Part shown: positions 38,268 to 50,496 of the stretch, piece by piece | How positions within the stretch are numbered: the stretch's first letter is position 1 | Layout: each line of letters starts with the position of its first letter | Assembly: GCF_006345805.1 (NCBI RefSeq) | Contig: NC_043022.1 | Span: 20,894,001-20,958,000 of the forward strand | Direction: 5' to 3' | Origin: Octopus sinensis | Taxonomy: Eukaryota | Length of the DNA: 64,000 nt | Notes under the pieces: generated by a model | The model's database searches: none | What the model saw: only the letters and a program-made list of their open reading frames with translations | What the model was told of the DNA's origin: nothing | Program-made: the position numbers and the translations under genes

Positions 38268-38610
38268 GGTACTTATTTAATCGACCCCGAAACGATGAAA
38301 AGCAAAGTCGACCTCGGCGGAATTTGAACTCAGAACGTGACGACGGATAAAATGCTGTTAAGTATTTTGCCCAGCGTGTTAACCATCCTGCCAACTCACC
38401 GCCTTAAAGAGGATTATCATTAACATTCCCAATATCTGTATCGGATTTCAAGTATTCTAACGAGTCACATTGAATCGCGTGTTTTATGTAAAATCACGCC
38501 ATGTAGGATGGACATATGTGAGAGGCTCTATGAAGTCGTTCAGCCTGCTAGAGATAATAGCCAAATTACTTCAAACGATATCACCATCCGAAAAGAAGGA
38601 AAGAACACAT

Positions 38611-39143
38611 GGATCTTTTCGGTTTGAACGGCAGTTTTTTAAAATAATTTCCACGTAACTAAACACTTTTAAACTTCGTATACTGGTAGAATGCGTTTAT
38701 AAAACATCTTTTTCTCTTGGCTTTATTGAGAAAATTCTATAGTTTGTAAGATATTTGTTGTATTTTTCTTCTTCAGTTTCTGCAATTTCAACCAATCAAT
38801 GACGTCTATTGTGGTGAAAACATTCCGTGCCGTATGAATAGGTCCCTCGTTTAAGAAACAGATTGGGTTTATTTACATTTGTGAAGAATTTCTTTATCTA
38901 CCTATCTGTCTGTCTGTCTGCCTATCTATCTATCTTCCCCCCACCCCTAACCCTAACCCTAACCCTAACCCTAACCAACCCTAACTAAACCTAACCAACC
39001 CTAACTAATCCTAACTAATCCAAACTCTAACCCCAACCCTAAAACAGATTGAAATGCAATAGATCGATACTAGGGTCATAATTATGGGCGACAATTTCAA
39101 ATGACACCGCTAGAAAAAACTGCCGTTCAAACCGAAAAGATCC
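38611..39143. mobile_element. MITE family M1 with expanded degenerate (CCCTAA)n
   Basis: Both TIRs intact; telomere-like block about 38945-39042; only AT is duplicated at the flanks. Confidence 0.85.
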
Positions 39144-39436
39144 ATGAGAATTTTTCCTGTCTTTGCCAGTGTGGTAGCAATCTTTAAAGTGAGGTGAGAA
39201 TTTTTCTGGAAGCATGTCACGTCATTTCGTTCGTGTTGTTGAAGCACATGTAATCAAATTCCAACTGAACTGAGAGGCCGACTTTGTATGGTTTCTCCAG
39301 ACAGTTATTTTCATGATGTACCCAACTGGTTTATTGTACAATTCATTTAGCGAATGAACAAAGTGTCGCAGTTTATTGAAAACTCGGTTTCTTGTATTTT
39401 TTTCCAGTTTTATACACAACTATACACAACTATATA

Positions 39437-39601
39437 GGCGCAGGAGTGGCTGTGTGGTAAGTAGCTTGTCTACCAACCACATGGTTCCGGGTTCAGTCCC
39501 ACTCCGTGGCACCTTGGGCAAGTGTCTTCTACTATAGCCTCGGGCCGACCAAAGCCTTGTGAGTGGATTTGGTAGACGGAAACTGAAAGAAGCCCGTCGT
39601 A

Positions 39602-39645
<44 letters not shown>

Positions 39646-39886
39646 ATATGCGCGTGTGTGTTTGTGTGTCTGTGTTTGTCCCCTAGCATTGCTTGACAAC
39701 CGATGCTGGTGTGCTTATGTCCCCGTTACTTAGCGGTTCGGCAAAAGAGACCGATAGAATAAGTACTGGGCTTACAAAAGACTAAGTCCCGGGGTCGATT
39801 TGCTCGATTAAAGGCGGTGCTCCAGCATGGCCGCAGTCAAATGACTGAAACAAGTAAAGAGTAAAAGAGTAAAGAGTAAAGAGTAA
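39437..39886 (+). mobile_element. SINE family B, full length
   Basis: GGCGCAGGAGTGGCTGTGTGG through GCAGTCAAATGACTGAAACAAG-(TAAAGAG)n. Confidence 0.93.
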
Positions 39887-40488
39887 CTCATGGAACCAAG
39901 AAATTGTAATAATACAAGGGCCAGAGACACGCTTCATCTCAGTTAAACATTTGATCCGACCAACGGAACAGCTTGCTCGTGGAATTAACGTGCAAGTGGT
40001 TGAATACTTCGCAGACACGCGTACCCTTAAAGTAATTCAAAAGGTTTTTCAGTGTCAGTGGCGGACCGGAAAGGGAATGGAGAGCTGAGGGATACGCGCC
40101 TCGTCAAGAAAATAAGTGCGCCCTTCTAAATAATGTCATTACGCCCTTTTCTCCTGGAATTATATTCCTTTCTGGCTTTGGGCCCTCCCTTTAAAAAATC
40201 CTGGGACCATACCTGAATGTGTCAGGGCTGGCCCTTTGAAGTACAGGCACAACCCATTTTTGCCAGCTGAACGAACGGGAGCTGAGTGAACAGGAGTTGA
40301 ATGAACTGAATGTACTTGATCAAGGACACAATGCACGGCCGGGAATCGAACTCACGACTGTACGATAGCGAGCTGAGCACCCTAACCACTAAGCCACGCG
40401 CCATCACTATGTAGTTCGAAATACGCAAAAAATACCGGATGGTCATGGCTGGAAAACCTACTGATAATAACGTATATAACTCAATTTG

Positions 40489-40780
40489 GAGGCGCAATGG
40501 GCCAGTGGTTAGCACAGCGGACTCGCGGTCGTAGGATCGCGGTTTCGATTCCCAGACCGGGCGTTGTGAGTGTTTATTGAGCGAAAACATCTAAAGCTCC
40601 ACGAGGCTCCGGCAGGGATGGTGGTGATCCCTGCTGTACCCTTTCGTCACACTTTCTTTCACTCTTTCTTCTGTTGGCCTGCTCGCTTAGCCAGCGGGGT
40701 GGCGTCACTTGAAGGCTAATACAATGCGAAGCGCATTGTAACCAGCAACATCGGATAGCCTGGTCGGTCACGGTGAACAC
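40489..40780 (+). mobile_element. SINE family D with an alternative tail
   Basis: D head followed by AGCCAGCGGGGTGGCGTCAC..GGTCACGGTGA instead of the C/D tail. Confidence 0.8.
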
Positions 40781-40804
40781 GATGATAACTTAATTTAGCT
40801 ATTA

Positions 40805-41187
40805 CTAGCAGTATCGCCCGGCGTTGCTCAGGTTTGTAAAGGAAATAACTATAAAGCATTTTTAGAGAGTTATAGCCAAAAAATACCAAAAAAAACGGAA
40901 AAAATTATGGTAAATTTTTTTTTTATAGTTAAAAAAGGTGGAGTTGCGTCACCTACAAAGTTTGTGGTTTGTGTTCCTGATTCTCGACCCCATGTCGAAT
41001 TTATCGATTTTTTTCAGAACTGGGGGAACTTTTCAAAATTTTCGCTGCGTTAGTTTTGAATTATGACATTGGGCTATGTGTGTGTCAAGTTTCATCAGAA
41101 TCGGTTGAAAGCCGTGGTCAGGGTGAGGGTACAAGCAAACAGACACACAGACACGCACAGACAAACTGCCGTTTATATATAGAGAGA
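40805..41187 (-). mobile_element. Non-autonomous Helitron, family He2
   Basis: Same A|TCTCTCTATATATAAA 5' end and hairpin-GATACTGCTAG|T 3' end as He1; unrelated interior. Confidence 0.78.
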
Positions 41188-41409
41188 TATTCTTGTTTTT
41201 TTTTATCTTACTATCTTCATCACCAAACCCTGGAGAAATACTACACACAAGCACACAGGACCAGTTATAAAGAATCCATGGTGAATGGGACTCCTCTACG
41301 TCGCAGGGTTACTCATCTACAGCCGAACGGACTGAGACTATGTGAAATGAAGTGTTTTGCTCAAGAACACAACGCACCGCTCGGTCCGGAAATGGAAAGT
41401 ACGATCTTG

Positions 41410-41841
41410 GGATCTTTTCGGTTTGACCGGCAGTTTTTTAAAATAATTTCTACGTAACTAAACACTTTTAAACTTCGTATACTGGTAGAATTTTTTTTAT
41501 AAAACATCTTTTTCTCTTGGCTTTATTGAGAAAATTCTATGGTTTGTAAGATATTTGTTGTTGTTTTTCTTCAATTTCTGCAATTTTAACCAATCAATGA
41601 CGTCTATTGAGGTGAACACATTCTGTGCCGTATGAATATGTCCCTCGTTTAATAAACAGATTGGGTATATTTACATTTCTGAAGAAAAAAAGATACCCTT
41701 CCCCACCCCTAACCCTAACCCTAACTAACCCTAACCTTAAAACAGATTGAAATGCAATAGATCGATACTAGGGTCATGATTATGGGTGACAATTTCATAT
41801 GACACCGCTAGAAAAAACTACCGTTCAAACCGAAAAGATCC
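41410..41841. mobile_element. MITE family M1 inserted in a family C SINE
   Basis: Perfect 8-bp TSD CGATCTTG at 41402-41409 and 41842-41849. Confidence 0.9.
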
Positions 41842-42263
41842 CGATCTTGCGATCGTGAGTGCAACACACCAAACCACTATGCCATGCGCTTTCACAATTT
41901 ATAGGAATGCTACACTATTGTTATTATTTTCTTTTATTCTTTTATGTCGAAAAGCCTACACATGAAACAATGACTCTCTGACAATTACTTGCATAAACAT
42001 ATAACTTTACAATAAAAAATTCCTTTTATCTCGATCGTATTTATCTCTCTCTCTCCCTCTCTCTCTCATTCTCTTTCTCTCTTTCTTTTTCTCAGCCTCT
42101 CTTGCTCTCTCTCTCTCTCTCTCTCTTTCCAAGTTAGTAGCAATAAAAACCAGTGTGTGTGTATGAATGAATGTATCTCTCGCTCGCTCTTTCTTTCTAC
42201 ATACACACACACACACACACGAGTGAGAGACAGACAGATAGATATCTAGCTAGCTAGAGATAA

Positions 42264-42324
<61 letters not shown>

Positions 42325-44150
42325 TAGATATGTAGAGACTTTGTCTTCGTTTATTCAACTTAAATCGTATGTGACAGGATCAGATCGGACACCCCTCCAG
42401 TGTTCCTGAATTCCCATCCTGTTACAGATAGGTAGATAGATAGATATAATCCTGTGTGAGCATAAATGAATGCATTCGCACGCCACACACACACAAGCAC
42501 ACACAATGAATATGTGAAATGAAAGCAAACTACCCCATGACTACTGTTGGTCCATCAGATCAACGCGGAAAGTTTCGTCTCCATTAAGCCTAAAACAGAC
42601 TTTATTTAACCAGCGAGAAATACTTCCCTGAACATTTTGATACTAAAGTTTCAAGCATCGATCATGCTGCTGTGTAACCTAGATCTTCCAAATTTTACAA
42701 AGGCACAAAACCTTAAAATTTGATGCTTCGTGTCCTGGACAAATGTTTCAGTGAAGTTTCGAAGCTGATTTGCCTTTGGAATTTAATCCTTTACTTCTCC
42801 TGTTTATCGCATATGATACACAGTACATATTTCCCTGGCATCCATGCGCCATATCTGATAAACATGTCCATTTTTTTCTTTTTTCAACCGCCAGGGTAAC
42901 TTAGAGACTTGCAAAAGAGAAGCGTATGAACCGAGGTTAACTGACGTTTAGGACAAACTTATGAAAATGCGTTGGACAGGCAGAGGGTTAAATAGTTGTT
43001 ACATAAGATTAGCTGTTTCTCCACGGAGTCTGATACACAATATTTACTAGAACTTTTGCAGGTACATTATATTACCATTTTATTCCTTGAAATTTTTAGT
43101 TAACATAGTTCAATCCTTGTTCAACATCTTAACCGAACTAAATAGATGATTCATCTACGTACTTTGATCTTAACATGGCCGACTCGATGCTTTAGTAGAA
43201 GACACTTGGAACTGAACCCGGAACCATGTGGTTGGGAGGCAAGCTTCTTACCACACAGCCGCGCCTGCACCATGAACGAATCTACTGTGTAAACGACGTC
43301 GATGTTGCAATGTCAACAACTCTGTACGTCTGTCTCCATAACAGGAAATAAACTCGAGCAATTTTTTTTTTTTTTTAGTTTACGAAGATCGTTTGTATAT
43401 AACGAATCTCCATATAAGCTTCCAACTGAAGGATCTTCTGATACTCCAGTTTAGGTTACAAATAAGGACTGGACGGAAACAATCGACTGTTTGTTTTCAT
43501 CAAATAATTAATGAAAACAATGAAAAATTTGATCTGAAAAATAATGGGGTCCAGTGAGAATATGAAGAGATTTTGTGAATTGGTTATTATTTGTACGTTC
43601 ATTTCGTTATTGAAAGCCCGCGGACGTTGGTTTGTAGTGGCTTGTAGAAAGACTCGAAATCGAGTCGTCAGATTGAGAAGTTAAAATCACGGCATAGTCA
43701 CACTTTGTTCATGTGAGAGGCTGAGTTATGAACCAACCAGCAGCCAGACATCACGTGACAGATTCATTCTAGATCAGTGCTCCGCCACCTTTCTTCATTT
43801 GCAGTACACTTATATTCTTTTCAAAATTCGGTGGCACACCTGAGCTAAAAATATAACTGAAAGTATAGGGAAAAAAAATTATATTCAGGTTACATTGCGG
43901 CACACCAAGCATCGTCCTGTGGTCTACAAGCATGCTGCGGCATACCGGTTGCAGAGCACTGTCCTGAATCAGTGGCTCCCAATAGGACCCACTATTTTAT
44001 TCTTGTTGGTCCTTATAGTCATTCGATGTTTCAAAACTGGTTCTATAGATGCGTCTTTCTAAATTCTTATTTTGTTTCTTATACATTAACTTGTGCAGGC
44101 TGAACTTTTTAAAATGCCAGAGAAAGAAACATCGCAGTTTCTTGCAATAA

Positions 44151-44500
44151 ATATGTGGCCTGATCAATACGTATCCGGACTGTTGCCATAGTAACGAAAC
44201 TAAAGCATGCAAAGTGAAGCCACTTGGCACAGATTTACCTTGAACTCTGCTGTGCATGCGTACTAAGATTTAACATCCTAGCTCACTTCCACTGTTTACA
44301 GCAGTGATTGGAAGGAAGGTGTGTAGCGTGCGATCATCGCATTGACCATTAAAGAGAAAGTTAAGCAGAGAATTTGCATCATATTCTGCCAAAAGCTTGG
44401 CGATACCTGCTCAGAGGCCTATGCAAAGTTTTCAAAAAGTTTCCATCGTTCTCGATATAATCAAGGAGACCTTATGCACCTGAAAGCAGTTTTGGCACAA
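44151..44500 (+). mobile_element. Mariner-derived remnant
   Basis: TIR-like GGCCTGATCAATACGTATCCGGACT; frame KQRICIIFCQKLGDTCSEAYAK resembles the mariner N-terminus. Confidence 0.6.
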
Positions 44501-44517
44501 ACTTGGTAGACATCTAT

Positions 44518-44622
<105 letters not shown>

Positions 44623-44647
44623 CGTCCGTCCGTCAGTCAGTCAGTCA

Positions 44648-44686
<39 letters not shown>

Positions 44687-44715
44687 CGTCCGTCCGTCCG
44701 TCCGTCAGTCAGTCA

Positions 44716-44770
<55 letters not shown>

Positions 44771-45639
44771 CATCCATCCATCCATCCATCCATCTATCTA
44801 TCTATCTAGCTAGCTAGCTAGCTATCGATCTATTTATCTTTCATACACACACACGCACACTCGTACACACACACACACGCACGCACGCACGCACGTACAC
44901 TCACACACACACGCACACACGCACTCTGTCTCTCTCTCTGCCTCTCGGTCTCTCTCACTGAATTTACCTCAAAGTATGTATTGCATTGCCTCTATGTTGA
45001 AGCACACACACACACACACACACACCACACACACACACAACACACACACACATATATTCACATGCACTAATAACCAAAAAGGATAACTATCTATATTGTT
45101 AGACAGTGAAAGTTATTTGCTTTTTTAAAACTGTGTTGCGTTGCTTTATTCTTTCCATTGTATTGACTTTGTTATTGCAAATTCTAATTCGTGATCAAAC
45201 TCTAAATAACCTGTGCGGTGAAATAAATCTGTTTTAATTTATTACAAACCTTATGCATTCATCATAACGCAGCCTGATTTCCAATCCGTTTTCCAGCATC
45301 TCATGTTTTCCATCTTTTGTCTACCATGGCGAACCAACGGCACATTACAAAACATAACACGTGGTAAGATCAAGAGAAAAACTAACGCCATCGATTTCTC
45401 CAGTCTCCGAGGGGCCCCTCCAGTGAAAACCATATGAACTATCTCTTCCTTCAGACCCAGCAAGTAGAAACGACGACGACGACAACAACAACAACAACTA
45501 CAACTACAACAACTCATAATACCAACTGAGATGCGGCGGAACTGTGTTTAATAAAAGGGACCAATCGTTACAGGTTTGGACAGTATTTTGCCCATGTCAA
45601 GGTGGAGAGCTGGCAGAAACGTTAGCACACCGGGCGAAA

Positions 45640-46577
45640 TTTTGGAGAAGGGGGGGGGCAGTCGATTAGATTGATCCCAATATGCAACTGGTATTTATTT
45701 AATTTATCGACCCCGAAAGGATAAAAGGCAAAGTCAACCTCGGTGGAATTTGAACTCAGAACGAAGCGGCAGACGAAATACCTATTTCTTTACTACCCAC
45801 AAGGGGCTAAACACAGAGAGGACAAACAAGGACAGACAAACGGATTAAGTCGATTATATCGACCCCAGTGCGTAACTGGTACTTATTTAATCGACCCCGA
45901 AAGGATGAAAGGCAAAAACGACCTCGGCGGAATTTGAACTCAGAACGTAGCGGCAGACGAAATACCTATTTCTTTACTACCCACAAGGAGCTAAACAGAG
46001 AGGACAAACAAACGACCCCAGTGCGTAACTGGTACTCAGAACGTAGCGGGAGACCAAATACCTATTTCTTTACTGCCCACAAGGGGTTAAACACAGAGAG
46101 GACAAACAAGGACAGACACACGGATTAAGTCGATTATATCAACCCCAGTGCGTAACTGGTACTTAATTTATCGACCCCGAAAGGATGAAAGGCAAAATCG
46201 ACCTCGGCGGAATTTGAACCCAGGACGTAGCGGCAGACGAAATACCTATTTCTTTACTACCCACCAGGGGCTAAACACAGAGAGGACAAAGAAACGACCG
46301 CAGTGCGTAACTGGTACTTAGAGCGTAGCAGCAGACGAAATACCTATTTCTTTACTACCCACAAGGGGCTAAACACAGAGGGGACAAACAAGGATAGACA
46401 AACGGATTAAGTCGATTATATCGACCCCAGTGCGTAACTGGTACTTATTTAATCGACCCCGAAAGGATGAAAGGCAAAATCGACCTCGGCGGAATATGAA
46501 CTCAGAACGTAGCAGCAGACGAAATACCGCTAAGCATTTCGTCCGGTGTGCTAAGGTTTCTGCCAACTCACCACCTT
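45640..46577 (-). mobile_element. SINE family A array (about 6 units, some internally deleted)
   Basis: Repeated GACGAAATACCTATTTCTTTACTACCCAC junction. Confidence 0.9.
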
Positions 46578-47122
46578 GGCATGTTTTATTTCCTCGTAAT
46601 TAGCGGTTCGGCGAAAGAAACGGATAGAATAAGCGCCAGGCTTAACAAAAGAGCAAGTACTGTGGCTGATTTATTTGACTAAAAAATTCTTCAAGGCGTT
46701 GCCCCAGCACGGCCGCAGTCTCGTGAATGAAACAAATAAAAGATAAAATATATTATCGCTGCATCGTCGTATGTATGAAAAGAAGTAAAATTTATTCAAA
46801 TTTCGTGAACGACAACAAACAAAAGTTCATGAGAACTCAAGATTAATAACGTTAATAATTTAGCTTTTCAACAACCTTTGTTTATCGTTCACGAAATTTG
46901 AATAAATTTTACTTCTTTTCATACATACGACGATGCAGCGATAATATATTTTATCTTTTATTTGTTTCATTCACGAGACTGCGGCCGTGCTGGGGCAACG
47001 CCTTGAAGAATTTTTTAGTCAAATAAATCAGCCACAGTACTTGCTCTTTTGTTAAGCCTGGCGCTTATTCTATCCGTTTCTTTCGCCGAACCGCTAATTA
47101 CGAGGAAATAAAACATGCCAAG
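46575..47122. repeat. Perfect 238-bp inverted repeat with a 72-bp spacer
   Basis: 46575-46812 is the reverse complement of 46885-47122 with no mismatch seen by eye. Confidence 0.9.
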
Positions 47123-47134
47123 AACAGTTGTAGT

Positions 47135-47325
47135 GGAGGTGCAATGACCCAGTAGTTAGGGCAGCGGACTCGCGGTCGTAAGAACGCGGTCTCGTTTCCC
47201 AGACCGGGCATTGTGAGTGTTTATTGAGCAAAAACACCTAAGTTCCACGAGGCTCCGGCGGGGGGGGGGGAAGGTTTAACCCCGCTGTACTCTTTCACCA
47301 CAACTTTCTCTCACTCTTTCTTCCG
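47135..47325 (+). mobile_element. SINE family D head
   Basis: GGAGGTGCAATGACCCAGTAGTTAGGGCAGCGGACTCGCGG. Confidence 0.8.
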
Positions 47326-47605
47326 ACTTCTTCCAACAAGATGGTGTAGCCCATTATGGTGTGGTAAACTTTCAGACCCTAGTCTAGATTGCAAATCCTC
47401 TGTACCCCAGGATGGTTCAGCTCTCCACCCGTTAAAAGCCACTGCTTACGTAATGAGAATAACAACGTAGCTTTCGCGCCCGTGCAACCGCCAGTCTATC
47501 GTGTGTGGTGGGTGGATCTTCAAGTTGCCACACGCATTCTTAGTAGCTTAGAGTAGGCTCGAATTAGAGATTATTCTTTGTGGCTAATGGCGTGAGTCCT
47601 GATTG

Positions 47606-47784
47606 GAAGAAGAAGAAGAAGAAGAAGAAGAAGAAGAAGAAGAAGAGAAGAAGAGAAGAAGAGAAGAAGAAGAAGAGAAGAGGAAGAAGAGGAAGAAGAA
47701 GAAGAAAGAAGAAGAAGAAGAAGAAGAGAGAAGAAGAAGAAAAGAAGGAAGAAGAAGAAGAAGAAGAGGAAGAAGAAGAAGAAG

Positions 47785-47832
<48 letters not shown>

Positions 47833-47861
47833 AGAAGAAGAAGAAGAAGAAGAAGAAGAAG
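47606..47861. repeat. (GAA)n polypurine tract, about 255 bp
   Basis: Direct reading; source of the poly-K, poly-E and poly-F ORFs. Confidence 0.95.
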
Positions 47862-48185
47862 GCAACAGTTGTCAAACGGTGCTGGGGGTAAAAACACAGA
47901 CATGAAGACACACACACATGCATAAATACATACGACGGGCTTCTTTTAGTTTCCGTCTACCAAATCCACTCACAAGGTTTTGGTTGGTCCGAGGCTATAG
48001 TAGAAGACACTTGCCCAAGGTGCCACGCAGTGGGATTGAACCCAGAACCATGTGGTTGGGAAGCAAACTTTTTACCACACAGCCATGCCTGCACCTATAA
48101 GTAGGAAAAAGAAAACGAACGAATTTATGTGACAACCTCATATTAAAGATAACCAGATGGATAGGTCTTATTAAGAAACACTTAG

Positions 48186-48616
48186 GGATCTTTTCGGTTT
48201 GAACGGCAGTTTTTAACATAATTTCTAGGTAACTAAACTCTTTTAAACTTCGTTTACTGGTAGAATGTGTTTATAAAACATCTTTTTCTCTTGGCTTTAT
48301 TGAGAAAATTCTATAGTTTGTAAGATATTTGTTGTTTTTTTCTTCAAGTTCTGCAATTTCAACCAATCAATGACGTCTATTAAGGTGAAACCATTCTGTG
48401 CCGTATGGATATGTCCCTCGTTTAAGAAACAGGTTGGGTTTATTTACATTTGTGAAGAAAAAAATATACCCTTCCCCCCACCCCTAGCCCTAACCCTAAC
48501 TAACCCTAACTCTAAAACAGATTGAAATGCAATAGATCGATACTAGGGTCATAATTATGGGTGACAATTTCATATGACACCGCTAGAAAAAACTGCCGTT
48601 CAAACCGAAAAGATCC
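48186..48616. mobile_element. MITE family M1
   Basis: Both TIRs; 12-bp flanking duplication AGAAACACTTAG. Confidence 0.88.
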
Positions 48617-49373
48617 AGAAACACTTAGTTATATACAATATTGAATTATCAACTTCGTGATTTTTTTTTTTTTTATAGTTTAAACTAGCCACAATCTCCC
48701 GCTATCTCCATGTGCAACAGCACGGTGTACTTCCGTTCAATCAAGATGTATTCTTGGCATGTAGCTTAGAAAAGATTACTAACCAATCCCGTGGAAAATT
48801 TAACGCAAATATAATTTATATTTATTATCATGCAACTTCAGGTAATCACCGGCGCTTTGGTAATTCTAGATCAGAAGTCGATAAAAGATGGACCACTGCA
48901 TTTTTTAATTATTTTTTTTTGTGGGCCATAGACCTTAATCTAAAATTTTGAGCAACAAAACTTCCCTAAACTAGAAATCCTTGTTTGTCCCCTCTATGTT
49001 TAGCCCCTTGTGGGCAATAAAGAAATAAGAAACGTTAGTACGCCGGGAAAAATGTTTCATCCGTCTTTAATTTCTGAGTTCAAATTTCACCGAAGTCGAG
49101 TTTGCCGTTCATCCCTGTCAGGGTCGTTAAAATGGAATGGAAGCACTCCGTCGGTTACGACGATGAGGGTTCCGGTTGATCCGAATCAACGGAACATGCC
49201 TGCTCGTGAAATTAACGTGTAAGTGGCTGAGCGCTCCACAGACACGTGCACCCTTAACGTAGTTCTCGGGGATATTCAGCGTGACACAGAGAGTGACAAG
49301 GCCGGCCCTTTGAAATACAGGTACAACAGAAACAGGAAGTAAGAGTGAGAGAAAGTTGTGGTGAAAGAGCAGG

Positions 49374-49450
49374 GAAAACTGTCCGACGAACGGAAACGGG
49401 AAACTCAGAGTAACAGGTTTTGTTGAATATTCTGCTGCTTTAAATAAAGT
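49374..49450 (+). mobile_element. Penelope-like terminal remnant (family P4) with hammerhead fold
   Basis: ACTGT-CCGACGA-ACG-GAAA-CGG-GAAA-CTCAGAG-TA-ACAG; ends GCTGCTTTAAATAAAG-(TA)n, like the related piece at 50347-50430. Confidence 0.55.
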
Positions 49451-50433
49451 ATATATATATATATATACACGGCGAGCTTCTTTCAGTTTCCGTCTACCAA
49501 ATCCACCTCAAGGCTTTGGTCGGCCCAAGGCTATAGTAGAAGACACTTGCCCAAGGTGCCACGCAGTGGGACTGAACCCGGAACCATGTGGTTGGTAAGC
49601 AAGCTTCTTACCACACAACCGCTCCAACATCGAAAGCAAAATTTTTTCAGGTATGCCCAATTTACTATTTCGTCACGTGGGGCCCCAAAATCTTGTATGA
49701 ACATTCAAGGGTCATATGGACCTCGGTTAAGAACCGCGGGTCAAATGCTTTATCGACGCTGCAAGCTCACTGCCTCTGCCCCTGCTCTAAAGATGTATGT
49801 TGTTAACGAGAGATAACACGACCTTCTTTCCGTTAATGAAATTATAACATCTAGGATGTACTATAAGAATGTCAGGAGTTCACAATACTTGATTGTTTCT
49901 TTATTTTATCGAATTTTGTAGTCGTTTTGCGTTCACTTTGTGTGTCGCCCTGTGTTATCACCACAGTCTAGCTGTGTCCCAAACCGCTTTTCATTGTGTC
50001 AAGAAGTTGTCGCTGATTCAGACTGAACTTGTAAACAACTTCATCCTGTCATCTAGTTTCCGGCAGACGAGAGTAACGTTTTAGTGTATTGCTATTGTTA
50101 AAAATCTTACACCCATCCCATATTTTTTGTTTATTTTTTTCTTCTTTTTGTGTTTTCTTTTTTTTTATTTTATCAGTAATGTAACACTTGGACAAATACT
50201 TTAAACGTATAAAATAAATAAATATATGAATAATAAACAAATAAACAGACCCTCTTGAAAGCTGTTCAAAATGGTTTTGTTGAATGCTGCAAATATTTAC
50301 AGTTTTGCTGCTCATATGCAACGATACTATATATATATATATATACCGGAGTAAACACATAAATGTGAAACAAGGTGGAAAAAAGATTACTCAAATACCA
50401 GTGGAGAGTAATATGCTGCTTAAAATAAAGTAT

Positions 50434-50476
<43 letters not shown>

Positions 50477-50496
50477 TATAATATATATATTATTAT

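Noticed and set aside
38945-39042. True telomere or chromosome-fusion scar
   Set aside because: The TTAGGG blocks are short and always at the same position inside MITE M1
45273-45361. Possible internal exon (CGCAG|...CGTG|GTAAGA)
   Set aside because: Weak polypyrimidine tract, no recognisable peptide in any frame, no partner exons
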